64,000 nucleotides of DNA from Spirochaetia bacterium. Its GTDB lineage: Bacteria > Spirochaetota > Spirochaetia > SZUA-6 > Bin103. This document shows positions 1 to 9,990 of the stretch, in pieces. The notes beneath the pieces are model-generated. The model had not been told where the DNA came from. It saw only the letters and a program-made list of their open reading frames with translations, and did no database searches. The stretch covers positions 1,376,001 through 1,440,000 of the forward strand of contig CBDBOV010000006.1 in the NCBI GenBank assembly GCA_965208575.1. The letters run 5' to 3'. The position numbers and the translations under genes are program-made. How positions within the stretch are numbered: the first letter of the stretch is position 1; each line of letters starts with the position of its first letter.

Positions 1-845
1 CACGACGACGACTGGACGACGCTGGCCGTGGATGGCCACGTGAAGGTGTACACCGGGCGCAACGGGCGGTTGCCGAAACACTTCGTCGCACGCCAGAAGC
101 TGTGTCTGCCGGCGTCGGTGAGCTACTGGATCAACGCCCTCGGCGGCGCACCGCTGCTGTGCCTGCACAAGGCGCTGGACCCGAAGCCGGTGAATGCGAT
201 CAAGCACGACGTGGTGCCGCAGTTGCAGCACCTGGGGGTGGTGACCGAAGCGGCCCCCGACCTGACCGGAGCACCGGCCGGTACCCCGCAGCTGACCCTG
301 GTGTTCGACCGCGAGGGCTGGAGCCCGGACCTGTTCAAGCGCCTGGCCCGGCGTGGCATCGCCTGCATCACCTGGCACAAGAACTTCAACGGCGCGGACT
401 GGCTGCCGGAAGACTTCCACACCTTCGAGGTACCGATCCATGGTCCCGCCGGCACCAGCACGACTGCGGTTGATCTGGCCGAGCAGCCGATCATGCTGCG
501 CAACGGGCTGGTGGTGCGCCAGATCCGGCGGCGTCTGGCCAACGGTCGTCAGGTGGCGGTGATCACCACGCACCCGCAGATGCCGTTGGCGCAGGTCGCC
601 GGCGCCATGTTCTCGCGCTGGTCGCAGGAGAACTTCTTCAAGTACCTGCGCGAGCAGTTCAACCTTGACGCGCTGCCGAGCCATGACCTTGCGCCGCCGG
701 AGCCCGACGCACGGGTCGTGAACCGGTGCGCCGGGCCCTGGAAAAGAGCATCAGGCGGGTACGCAGCCGGCTGGCAGCGGTCCGCAATCGCCTCGCCGAG
801 GCACTGCAGGGACGGCACCGGGACTCCGCCACCCGGCTTACGGTC
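1..845 (+). pseudogene. DDE transposase fragment (5'-partial, frameshifted near 723, truncated near 845)
   Basis: Motifs DGHVKVYTG, LVFDREGWS and MFSRWSQENFFKY are DDE-like. The reading frame continues as VRRALEKSIRR in another frame after VVN, then foreign sequence begins. Confidence 0.75.
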
Positions 846-1006
846 GCGGATAAAGTTGCACTGAATTGCATGGTTATGCATAGACACGGGGGTATCCAGA
901 CACCACCTCGTGTCGTGGAGGGGCCTTACAGCGCGGCTGAGGCGACGTTTTCTCATCGCTGACCGCCCATTCTCCGATTATCGACCGTCAGACCCGCCTG
1001 AGAGGG

Positions 1007-2281
1007 TCATTTTGCCGTGCGACCGCTGCCACCACGCTCCTCGCTCGGTGTTTGCACCGTGCTTGGTGCGGCCTTGGCGGTCTTGCTGACGTTCAGCTGC
1101 AGCAGATCCTCGGTCAACCTGGTCAGCTCGCGCTTGAGGGCGACCGGATTCAACGTCGCGTACTGCTGCTTGAGGCGGTTCTTCACCTTCTCGCTCACCG
1201 ACTCGGAGGCCAGCATGCGGTGATACGGCGTCTGCGGGTCGTCATAGATGCGGCGCACCTTGCTGCCGGTGCGGGTTTTCTTCACCAGCTTCACCGAGGG
1301 ATAGAAGAAGTTCACCAGCAGGCACAGCGGGCGGTATATCGCGTTGAGGGCAGCCAGTTCCCGGTCGGTGTCGTAACGCAGGTGGCCGACCGCCCGTCGC
1401 ACCACGTGGCCATTCTTCTGCTCGACGTAGCAGGTGTCGTTCTTGCGATGCGGGCGACCCCGAGTGAACGTGATGCCGTGCGCTTCGCAATAGCGCAGCA
1501 AATGATGATTGATGAACTCGCTGCCGTTGTCGGTGTCGATCCCCCGCATCACGATCGGCAGGCTCTGCCGGGCAGCGTCGATCGCCTCGTGGGTCCAGCG
1601 CTGCGCCTTGTTCTGCACGCCGTACAGGTCGACCCAGCCGGTGTCAACGTCGGTGATGGTGAGCGTGTGGCAGAAGTCGCCTGACGCGTTGCCGCCTTCA
1701 TGGCCCACCAAGTCGATCTCGAAGAAGCCCGGCTCCTGCTCGTCCCAGTCAGCGAAGGTTCGGATCGCGATCTGATCCTTCAGGAGGGTGCCCGGCTTGG
1801 TGTGCGTGCGACCCTTCAGGCGCAGCCGTGCGCGCTCCTGCTGCAGCAGCCGGTCGATGGTCGCGGCGCTGATGGTCTGCAGCTTGCCGCGCACCGCTGC
1901 GGTCAGCTCGATCTCGCCGAACGACTCCAGCGTCGGCAGCATGGTGCGCAGCACGACCACCAGGCGCTTGCCGCACATGCAGTCGAACACGTACCAGATC
2001 AGCTTCAGAGCGACCAGCACCTCCTGGTCGTAGCGCCGCGGTCGCACGCGGCGCTGGGCAGGCCGCGGACGCCCGACCACCAGCTTCACCAGTGTGCCGT
2101 CGACTCGCACCATGCGGGTCCGTCCCCACCAGGTCAACAGATGGATCGCGTACTTGCGCTGGTACCCGGTCGACTCGACGAACTCGTCGAGTATGCGCCC
2201 CTTCTCCTTCTTGCCCGCCCGACGATACCGCTGCGCGTGCTGCTCGGTGAGCTCTCGCCTTGAACTCATCTTCAACCCCAT
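1007..2281 (-). CDS. Integrase-core (rve) DDE transposase, ISNCY/IS1202-like
   Basis: 424-aa ORF with catalytic motifs FFEIDLVGH, DTDNGSEF and GRPHRKND..YVEQKN; N-terminal HTH-like region with SAATIDRLL. Confidence 0.85.
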   Translation of the reverse strand: MGLKMSSRRELTEQHAQRYRRAGKKEKGRILDEFVESTGYQRKYAIHLLTWWGRTRMVRVDGTLVKLVVGRPRPAQRRVRPRRYDQEVLVALKLIWYVFDCMCGKRLVVVLRTMLPTLESFGEIELTAAVRGKLQTISAATIDRLLQQERARLRLKGRTHTKPGTLLKDQIAIRTFADWDEQEPGFFEIDLVGHEGGNASGDFCHTLTITDVDTGWVDLYGVQNKAQRWTHEAIDAARQSLPIVMRGIDTDNGSEFINHHLLRYCEAHGITFTRGRPHRKNDTCYVEQKNGHVVRRAVGHLRYDTDRELAALNAIYRPLCLLVNFFYPSVKLVKKTRTGSKVRRIYDDPQTPYHRMLASESVSEKVKNRLKQQYATLNPVALKRELTRLTEDLLQLNVSKTAKAAPSTVQTPSEERGGSGRTAK

Positions 2282-2346
2282 CTCCTCCGGAACCTCCTCA
2301 CGTCCCTCGGAGAGGCTCCAACCGGACCCGGAAGGTCCAGCCCGTT

Positions 2347-2402
2347 CGGTTAGATTTTTAGATGAGGCATGCTTTCGCTACGGTTAGATTTTCGATGAGT
2401 CA
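2347..2402. repeat. Two imperfect direct repeats at the transposase-upstream end of the element (putative transposase-binding sites)
   Basis: cggttagatttttagatgaggca (2347-2369) and cggttagattttcgatgagtca (2381-2402). Confidence 0.65.
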
Positions 2403-2449
2403 ATGCGTCACCTTGCTGGCTATTCACTTGAGCGATATGCTTGACTCAT

Positions 2450-2899
2450 ATGAGCGTTGCAGCGACGGAAGTCGCCGAGGTTCTGGGGGGCCGGCGGGTG
2501 CTTGGGCGCAGCATCGAGCACGGACGCGATCTGGAGGAGTTGATTCGCGCGGGGGTCCCCAAGCCGGCACTGGAGCGGTTGGTCGACCTGCTCGTGACGC
2601 ACGACGGCGGTGACGGCAAGGCTCGCAGGGCCGCGCTGCGGAACCGAATCGTGTCGCGGGCGACCTATCAGCGGGTAGAGCGCCTCAACCTGCAGGTGAG
2701 CGAGACCACGGAACGACTCGCGCGGCTCTACGCGCTCGCTGCAACCGCGTTTGCCGATGGCGGCGCAGCGGCGAGGTTCATGCTCACCCCCCATCCCGAG
2801 CTTGACGATCGAGCGCCCTTCGACGTCGCGCTGACCGAGGTTGGGGGGCGAGCAGTCGAGGAGGTGATCGAGCGGGGCCTGCATGGCCTCCCGGCTTGA
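2450..2899 (+). CDS. Xre/MbcA/ParS-type antitoxin of a RES-Xre TA pair
   Basis: Motifs SRATYQR..RL...SE..ERLARL and C-terminal FMLTPHPELDDRAPFDVALTEVGGRAVEEVI; overlaps the RES gene. Confidence 0.85.
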   Translation: MSVAATEVAEVLGGRRVLGRSIEHGRDLEELIRAGVPKPALERLVDLLVTHDGGDGKARRAALRNRIVSRATYQRVERLNLQVSETTERLARLYALAATAFADGGAAARFMLTPHPELDDRAPFDVALTEVGGRAVEEVIERGLHGLPA

Positions 2900-3359
2900 C
2901 AGCCCAAGATACGCATACCGGATCGTCAGCTCGCGGTATCCGCCGTTCGACGGAGCCGGCGCGTACCGCTGGGGCAGCCGCTGGGTCAGTCCGGGACGCC
3001 AGATGGTGCACGCCGCGGAGTCCTATGCGCTCGCCGTCCTCGAGAACCTCGTACACTGGCAGAGTGGCACGCTCCCGCGCAACTTGGTATGCGGGTCGCA
3101 ATTCCGGACGACGTTGCACAGGAACGGGCCGACGACGTCGATGCGGCGCTGCTGCGTGCCAACGACCACCGCGCGACGCGGCGCATCGGCGACGACTGGT
3201 ACGATCGCGGAGACACCGCCGTACTCTGGGTTCCATCCGTCGTGTCTCCGTACGAATTCAGTGTGTTGTGCAATCAACTGCACGTGGACTTCTCACGGAT
3301 CGTCGTGGGTGAGCCAACCCCCAGCTCGGGTCGATGCCCGCCTGCCGTACCGTAGATAG
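2883..3359 (+). pseudogene. RES-domain toxin with two frameshifts (near 3090 and 3320)
   Basis: YRI..FDGAGA..GSRW..HAAESYALAVLE lies in one frame; IGDDW..AVLWVPSVVSPYE..LCNQLH lies in another. Confidence 0.8.
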
Positions 3360-3362
3360 CGC

Positions 3363-3612
3363 CTACGCCAAGTCGCGGCCGTGTATTGGTGCGTCGGCAA
3401 CGAATGCGAGCGCCTCCGCGAACGCCTGTGGCTGGTAGTTGGCCGCGGCATCTCTGAAGAAGTCTCGCGTTTCTTGCCGGATTACCTCGTTGTTCACCGA
3501 CGCCACGATAGAGCTGTTCAGAGAGACGCCGTCCTCACCGGCGAGCTGACATTGTGCGTGACGATCACTTCGGCGCCGAAGTTGGCCGCGCATTCAAACA
3601 CCATGTCGTCGT
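3363..3612 (-). pseudogene. Fused TA relic: PIN-toxin fragment joined to a HicB/RHH-like antitoxin C-terminus
   Basis: Minus strand reads DDMVFECAANFGAEVIVTHN (PIN motif), then LAGEDGVSLNS...FFRDAAANY. A near-identical copy lies at 13592-13822. Confidence 0.6.
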
Positions 3613-3696
3613 GCTAGAAAGGAGACGTTGACGAAATGCTCGGGTACTCGATCGCACGTGTGGCTGAAATAGCCGCTTTCTCGACGAGTCCCATCG

Positions 3697-4668
3697 CTAC
3701 TTGTTTGCCCTGGCCTCCAGTCTTTTCCTGGCTTTCTCAGCAGACTTCGCGCCATAGGCACCGGGATGCCCCGCGCCACCCCTGAGCCTGGGATCAAGCA
3801 GGTCCCTCACCGCGTCGCCGAACATGTTGAAACTGTAGACGACAATCGTCAGGCAGAATCCCGGCCAGAGCGCCAGCCAGGGAGCCTCCTCCATGAACTG
3901 GCGCCCTTCCCGGCTGAGCAGACCTCCCCAGCTGGGAACCCCGATGGGCAGACCAAAGCCGAGGAAACTTAAAGAAGCCTCAGACATAATCACCCCCCCG
4001 ATATTGATGCTGAATATAATGATTATGGGAGCCGCAATATTGCGAAGCACATGTCGGACAAATGTTCTCCATTTTGAAGAGCCAATCGACTCCGCTGCCT
4101 GAAAATAGTCGTTCTCTTTTACTGCGATAACGGCGCCTCTTACTGTTCTTGAGCCGCCGATGCCTCCTGTTATCCCCAGGACCACTATTATCTGTGGTAT
4201 ACCCCGCCCCGCTATGGACATTATGGTTAACAACAGGAGCAGTCCCGGGAAAGACATCCAGGCATCGACAAATCTTTGCACAGCCAGGTCCAGTTTACCA
4301 CCCAGGAATCCTGAAGTGCCACCTATCAGGAGAGCGACGACAACATTGAGAGCGGTCGCCGCCAGACCGACAACTATGGAAAGACGAGCCCCTATGATGA
4401 TGCGGCTCAAGAAGTCTCGCCCCAACTGGTCGGTACCCAGCAGATACTGGGCTGATGAGCCTTGCAGCCTGTCTACCAGGTGTTGTTCCCAATATGGATA
4501 AGGAGCCAGAACATCGGCAAAGATAGCCACCAGAATCAATATCAATATGATAATCCCGCAGGCAGTACCCAGTGGCTTCTCCTTGACCAGCCTGACGAAG
4601 AAATCGGCTAAGGCGTGGCGCCTCTTCGTTTCGGCTTCTTCTCGCGGGATATCTCTAAGCTGACTCAT
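3697..4668 (-). CDS. Peptide/nickel ABC transporter permease (DppC/OppC), unit A
   Basis: LLGTDQLGRDFLSR, EASLSFLGFG and FGDAVRDLLDPR motifs. Confidence 0.95.
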   Translation of the reverse strand: MSQLRDIPREEAETKRRHALADFFVRLVKEKPLGTACGIIILILILVAIFADVLAPYPYWEQHLVDRLQGSSAQYLLGTDQLGRDFLSRIIIGARLSIVVGLAATALNVVVALLIGGTSGFLGGKLDLAVQRFVDAWMSFPGLLLLLTIMSIAGRGIPQIIVVLGITGGIGGSRTVRGAVIAVKENDYFQAAESIGSSKWRTFVRHVLRNIAAPIIIIFSINIGGVIMSEASLSFLGFGLPIGVPSWGGLLSREGRQFMEEAPWLALWPGFCLTIVVYSFNMFGDAVRDLLDPRLRGGAGHPGAYGAKSAEKARKRLEARANK

Positions 4669-4681
4669 CCTTTCGCCTCCA

Positions 4682-5677
4682 CTACCTGTATCGTAGCCTG
4701 GGGTCTAAATAAGGATAAATCAGGTCGATAAATAGATTGTTCGCCATAACCACGGTGGCGAAAAACAGGTTTATTCCGGAGACCACCGGGTAGTCTCTTT
4801 CAGCGAGTGAATCCAGCATGACACGACCCATCCCCGGCAGGTTAAATATGTTCTCCATGATAACGGAGCCACCAATCAGCAGAGGCAACTGCAGGCCTAC
4901 CAGGGTAACTACCGGGATGAGGGCATTCTTGATGGCGTGTCTGATAACAACTACCCTCTCCTTGAGACCCTTGGCCCAGGCAGTCCTAATGTAGTCCTGC
5001 CTGAGCACCTCCAGCATCATGGTGCGCGTCATCCGCATTGAGGATGCAGAAGCGGCCGTCCCCAGAATCAGGCTGGGAATGATCAACACCGCCAAATTCC
5101 CCAGCGGGTCTTCGGTGAAAGGAAACCACCTCATCGGTGGCGACCAGCCCCACCAGATTACCGGGAAGATCATGACCATGGTTCCCAGCCAGAAGTTGGG
5201 AGTTGCCATGCCGATGACGGCCGCGGTGCGCCCCACGTAGTCGGCGGCCGTATCCTGGCGAATCGCCGAGTAGATGCCGACTGGCAGCCCTATTACTAGC
5301 CCGATTACGATTGACAACAAACCAAGCTCGATGGTTACCGGCAGTGCATTTAATATCCTATCCTCCACCGTCCCACCGCCCATCATTGATTCGCCAAGGG
5401 TTCCCTGGAGGAGACCTTTAAAGTGGGACTCACCGGTAACCCAGTCAGGGGTCGGCAACACTCCTAGCCAGCGTCCATACTGTACGTGCACAGGTACGTC
5501 TAAGCCCAGTATATGCTCAAGAGCTTCACGGTCTACGCCACCCAGCCATTCCATCCTTCTGACCATTACGTCTACTATATCGCCCGGGATGAAGCGGACC
5601 GAAAGAAAGACCAGGATGGTCAATATAGACAGGGTGGGGATTATCAGCAATAACCGCCTGATGATATAGGCTCTCAT
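4682..5677 (-). CDS. Peptide/nickel ABC transporter permease (DppB/OppB), unit A
   Basis: YIIRRLL, QDYIRTAWAKGL, RHAIKNALIP and LDPRLRY motifs. Confidence 0.95.
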   Translation of the reverse strand: MRAYIIRRLLLIIPTLSILTILVFLSVRFIPGDIVDVMVRRMEWLGGVDREALEHILGLDVPVHVQYGRWLGVLPTPDWVTGESHFKGLLQGTLGESMMGGGTVEDRILNALPVTIELGLLSIVIGLVIGLPVGIYSAIRQDTAADYVGRTAAVIGMATPNFWLGTMVMIFPVIWWGWSPPMRWFPFTEDPLGNLAVLIIPSLILGTAASASSMRMTRTMMLEVLRQDYIRTAWAKGLKERVVVIRHAIKNALIPVVTLVGLQLPLLIGGSVIMENIFNLPGMGRVMLDSLAERDYPVVSGINLFFATVVMANNLFIDLIYPYLDPRLRYR

Positions 5678-5756
5678 GTCACACTCCTCATCATTCGTCG
5701 GACTAGAACTGAATCTCTAGCGTCCATCATATTTCCCGGCAATTTCTTACAATGTC

Positions 5757-5842
5757 CCCCGTCATTGCGAGCCCCGATTTATCGGGGTTTGGCAATCTCG
5801 TTGCCCTCTTTCCCCGTCATTGCGGTGAAAACCGCAATCCAC
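5757..5842. repeat. Pair of REP-like palindromes (cccgtcattgcg...gcaatc)
   Basis: cccgtcattgcgagccccgatttatcggggtttggcaatctc and ccccgtcattgcggtgaaaaccgcaatcc share their ends and form hairpins. Confidence 0.6.
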
Positions 5843-5900
5843 TTAGACGATCCCCTTGCCCGGCTCACACGGCACTCTCTCAGGTGCGCATGACCCTTGC

Positions 5901-5940
5901 CAAAAAAACCTGGCCTCTCACCTTTTTGGGGAGTCCAGAG
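5901..5940 (-). terminator. Putative intrinsic terminator or attenuator after the SBP gene
   Basis: Minus strand: ctggactcccc-aaaaa-ggtgagaggccag followed by gttttttt. Confidence 0.55.
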
Positions 5941-5945
5941 GGGTG

Positions 5946-6857
5946 GCCGGGTAGAATCGCGGCGCGCGCAAGCCTTAGGCAGAGATTCATAACCACCTCG
6001 CTCTTTCGATTGCGAGGCAGGATCCTAGTTCCACCATAGTCCACGTTTCCGCGAAGCCCCCCTCTCATCCCGGACGGTCGAATTTCTCGAGTCCGGTTGG
6101 CGGCCATGCCCACGTTCCCCGATGGACCTTCCCGACGGGGCCGAAGCTCAAGCGCTGGCACGCATACGCCCCTAACCCCGCCGGTTATACCACCGGCTCG
6201 ATGCCGGCTGCGACCTATCACGTTACCCGGGTACAGCGCCCCGGCGTGTGCCCGTCAGGCATCCGACATGCGCCGAGAGCCCCTTCGCCTGCGCCGGTCG
6301 TTACCCGTTGCAGCGTGACGTCGAGCGTCACGTCAGAGGGCATTACCCCACCTTCATAGCTCATACTGGCTCAGGCGCCAGACCAAATCCCTCCTGACGA
6401 CTTCAGCTTTATGCCTTATACGACAGGTCCCTGCAGGTTGCTGCCAGCCCCTGCTGGGAGATGGCCCTTCCCGACTTTGTCGCTGCATTCCTTGCACAGT
6501 CGCTTGGTCCCCTACCCCGTAGTGTCTCTTCGCTGCATGTACCCGTTTCTTCACGAAGAGCGTCGGCCTCGCAACAGGGCTTACGTGCTCGGCACACTAA
6601 AAAGTCCCGGACAGCATCGTTCGCCGGGGGTCATATTTCGGGGCTGCAGACATTCCGTTATGTTCAGGCTCCTGTGCTCGCTCGACCCTCTGGATGCCCC
6701 CACCTTGCAGTCCTGTGCCTGACAAAGCGGCAGGGCCTTATACACCACGCAGCTATCGTGCGGTTACCCAACACAAACTGTGGCATCGCTACGTACCCGA
6801 ACCGGGTAATTGATACGGCCGGTCCTTCCCGGCTGGAATGCAGTCTTGTCGGCTGCT
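5946..6857 (-). ncRNA. ORF-less group II intron (about 910 nt)
   Basis: The 3' end has a domain V-like aaccggactcgagaaattcgaccgtccgggatgagagggggg and a domain VI ending ctacccggc. The 5' part has intron-like blocks (gaagtcg..gaggga, ggggtaatgccc, gcgaagggg). No RT ORF is present. Confidence 0.75.
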
Positions 6858-6865
6858 GAAACCCA

Positions 6866-8668
6866 CTAATAACCCATTGCTGCCTTCAGCTCACCATCAA
6901 TCCAGAGGCGGGCTAAGACTGACTGGGTTTCACCATCTCCTACTTTCACTTCGCCGTTATAACCTTTGACCCACGGCTGCGTTGCCTGGAACTGTGGGGT
7001 TTCAGGACCCCATACCCTAAATTGCTTTTCTATGACGTACATATTTGCCTCTTTCAGGAACCTATCCTTCTCCTCGATGGAGGTGGCAGCGGAGGCGGCA
7101 TCAATCAGAGCGTCATATTCGGGGTCTTTCACGCCACTGCGGCTCCACTGGTATTCCGAATAAAACTGGTTCAGAATACGGTAGAGAGCATACCTGAAGG
7201 CCCCTTCCCCCCAAATAATTCTGTAGGTATCCTGTTCTGGGTTGGCCACCTGGGATCCCTCAGTACCGAAAACATCTATCTCGACCTCCACACCAATCTC
7301 ACGCCAGTATCCCGCGGCCAGTTCTGCATAGCTCACATCGTACCGTTCAAAGAAGGCCAGGCGGGTCTTGTATCTAATGCCGTCCGCGCCGCGGGTAAGC
7401 CCAGCCTCATCAAGCAACGCTTCTGCCCCTGCCGGGTCATACCTATAGGTTTTCTTGACCTCTTCGGGCCACTCCTCAAATGGCGTGCCAATCCCCGGCA
7501 CATCATTGCCTATATGTCCCTGCGGAGTCGCACCGCCATAACCCTTATAGTAGGTAGCGACAATGGTCTCGAGGTCCAGTGCCATCTGCATGGCCTGGCG
7601 CACCCGGATGTCATTCCAGGGCGGTCTGTCCAGACCGACGAGATAGAAAACGTTGTCGGACCGAAAGTTATACGTATACAGCTCGACTTCGGGGTCGGTC
7701 CGCTCGAGTCTCTCTACTTCGTCGATAGACCTTAATTGAGAGCTGCCGACAGTCCCCAGCATATCAATCTTACCCGTCCGCAGAGCCGCCAGACGAGTTG
7801 CCCCTTCTGGCATAAACAACATTATTATCTTGTCAACATAGGGCAGGCGGTTCTCCGGGTATTTTTCGTCGAAGCCCCAGTAGTCGGGATTCTTGGTCCA
7901 GGTCCTAGAGCTGCCTTCGACCACCTCCGTCAGCTCATAGGGTCCGGTGCCGACCGTGTTCCGCCAATCCTTATAGTCGCCGTGTTGCTCGATGACCTCC
8001 GGAGGGTATATAAAAGCCATGTGCCAGCCGAGAAGTTCTGGCAGGGCGCGAAGGTTTGGCTCCTTTAGCTTGAAAACGACTGTCCAATCGTCGGTGGCCG
8101 TTACCGACTCGTAATTCGCTGGCTTCATGGCAGTTGCCATTGGGCTAGGTCCGGCTTCACTGAACTTGCCCAGACCCAACATACGCTGCCAGTGATGTTC
8201 TACATCTTTGGCAGTCAGCTCCCGACCGTTCATCGGTGCCTTGTCGTGCCAGTAAACGCCCTTGCGGATGTTGAAGATAATGGTCGTATCGTCGGGCGTT
8301 TCCCAGCCTTCCGCCAGTGCCCCTTTCCAGGCCCATAGAGGTGTGTCTGCTAAGAGCCGCCAGTCCCATACGTCCCTATCTATTCCCCAGTCCACGATGC
8401 CGAGCATCTCATTAACCAAAGCGATGGATTGTGCCGCCCAGCCAGTAATGTACCAGGCATCACTATGCTCAGCCCAACTGGCCTCGCCATAGGTCAATGT
8501 CCCGCCGTACTCTGGCGCGGTCACCGCCTTGCCGGTGGTGGGGTCGGTCACATACTGCTTGTCGGCAGCGGCGCCCGGCTCCTCTTCTGCGCCAGCGGCC
8601 CAGAGGCCGGTTGCGGTCACGGCGAGGACCATCGCAATCGCGAAGGTCCTTGTGAAGAATATCTTCAT
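6866..8668 (-). CDS. ABC transporter substrate-binding protein, family 5, unit A
   Basis: Signal peptide MKIFFTRTFAIAMVLAV; PEYGGTL, GTGPY and RVRQAM motifs. Start moved to the ATG at 8668. Confidence 0.93.
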   Translation of the reverse strand: MKIFFTRTFAIAMVLAVTATGLWAAGAEEEPGAAADKQYVTDPTTGKAVTAPEYGGTLTYGEASWAEHSDAWYITGWAAQSIALVNEMLGIVDWGIDRDVWDWRLLADTPLWAWKGALAEGWETPDDTTIIFNIRKGVYWHDKAPMNGRELTAKDVEHHWQRMLGLGKFSEAGPSPMATAMKPANYESVTATDDWTVVFKLKEPNLRALPELLGWHMAFIYPPEVIEQHGDYKDWRNTVGTGPYELTEVVEGSSRTWTKNPDYWGFDEKYPENRLPYVDKIIMLFMPEGATRLAALRTGKIDMLGTVGSSQLRSIDEVERLERTDPEVELYTYNFRSDNVFYLVGLDRPPWNDIRVRQAMQMALDLETIVATYYKGYGGATPQGHIGNDVPGIGTPFEEWPEEVKKTYRYDPAGAEALLDEAGLTRGADGIRYKTRLAFFERYDVSYAELAAGYWREIGVEVEIDVFGTEGSQVANPEQDTYRIIWGEGAFRYALYRILNQFYSEYQWSRSGVKDPEYDALIDAASAATSIEEKDRFLKEANMYVIEKQFRVWGPETPQFQATQPWVKGYNGEVKVGDGETQSVLARLWIDGELKAAMGY

Positions 8669-8854
8669 GGTTTCTTCCTTAAACGCTATTTCGAGAGTAT
8701 TGCGGAGCGGATTGCCGCTCCCTGGCCACGCGCAACGCAGGCGGCCAGTCTGAGTCAAATACACTGAAAGCGCGCGGCGTGTGACTCATCCGGGGTTCAC
8801 CCGGGCTCACGCCGCGCGCGCGTGCGGCTCTTTGAGTATCATTTTGCACCTCCT

Positions 8855-9408
8855 GTGCGCCGGAAAAAAAACCGGCAGGGTTGTTGTGAATGAAAGAGTC
8901 ATACGTCGAAGGGCTAGCGACCCACGGCGGCCCCGAGTCATGCGCCGCCGCCCGCGAGGGCGGGGGTGAAGCGTTGACAGGGGACAGGGGTACGTGCGGG
9001 CCGGGTATCGAGCCGCGAAAGGAATTACTTTGGGGTGCCGACGCCGTAGGAGGATGCGGAAGGCCACACCCGGGGCGCCGATATCGCGAGGCGCTACGGG
9101 ACCCTGCGCGGTCACAGACCCCGAGTACGTACGGAAACACCTTGCGCGGGAGCCGGGAGATCCCCGCTTCGCCTGTGGCGGATGGCGCCGCAGGCCGTGT
9201 CGGGAAGTCCAAGGACGTACGCCGACGATGAACGGAGCTGGGAAGTCGGACAGGCCCACAGTACGGGAGCGATTGCAGGCCAAGCTGGGGCAGGTGAAGA
9301 CCGAGCTTCGGCGGCGCCTGCACGATCCGGTCCCGGAGGTGGGAAGCTGGTTGCGCTCGGTTGTGGGTGGGCACGCGCGCTACTACGGGGTGCCCACGAA
9401 CTCCCGCC
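8855..9408 (+). mobile_element. Internally deleted and 3'-truncated group II intron remnant
   Basis: Starts with GTGCG and has domain I-like ggccccgagtcatgcg...gaagcgttgacagggg and ggaagtcggacaggcc. It then jumps at about 9262 to a maturase domain-X fragment, RERLQAKL...WLRSVVGGHARYYGVPTN. Confidence 0.8.
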
Positions 9409-9562
9409 GCCAACGCAGGAGGTGGGTTTTGCGGGCAGTTAGTCGCGGGCGGGGATCCGGGACGGCCCGAGTCGCCTGGAAGGACGTGGGCGGCCTGGCG
9501 ATCGACCGAGCGGGCGCCACCGATAGCTACGGCGGTGGTGAAGGCGACGGTGTGCGCGGGGT

Positions 9563-9990
9563 CGCGTACGGGGCGATCAGCCCGAGCGGTTAGTTGTTGC
9601 TCGGTGCGTAATGTGGGGGGGGTACAGGGGGTAGGCGAGGATAGAACGACCGGCTGCGTAGCGTACGGGTGGGATGGGCCCCCCGCTTCGCGGCCCTTCG
9701 GGGCGACGCCCCGGGCGGCGGTTTTGGGGTGCTAACCGGTGGCAGTGCTGAGTAGTGTTATCACGTGTCATGGGTTCAAAAACCCGTAGCCGCTCAATGT
9801 GGCACACCTGTGGCAACCACGTCAATAGGTAATCGAAGAAAATTGGAAAACTTTTAGTTCATTTGGTGTTCGGCCGGATGCCTGACAGAAGCGGTAGGTC
9901 TCGGGCCAGTACCCGCGTACGGGGCGATCAGCCGGAGCGGTTAGTTCTCGGTTGACGAGGGACGAGGGGAAATAGGCACCGGCTGCGTTG
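9563..9990. repeat. 33-bp direct repeat pair with diverged extensions
   Basis: cgcgtacggggcgatcagcc(c/g)gagcggttagtt at 9563-9595 and 9914-9946; each is followed downstream by accggctgcgt. Confidence 0.7.

Noticed and set aside
8890-9593. ORFs 8890-9231 and 8994-9593 as proteins
   Set aside because: They translate intron RNA domains; only about 50 codons are a maturase relic.
9586-9946. Integron attC sites suggested by gcggttag and ctaac
   Set aside because: They do not fit the GTTRRRY/RYYYAAC pairing, and no integron integrase is present.
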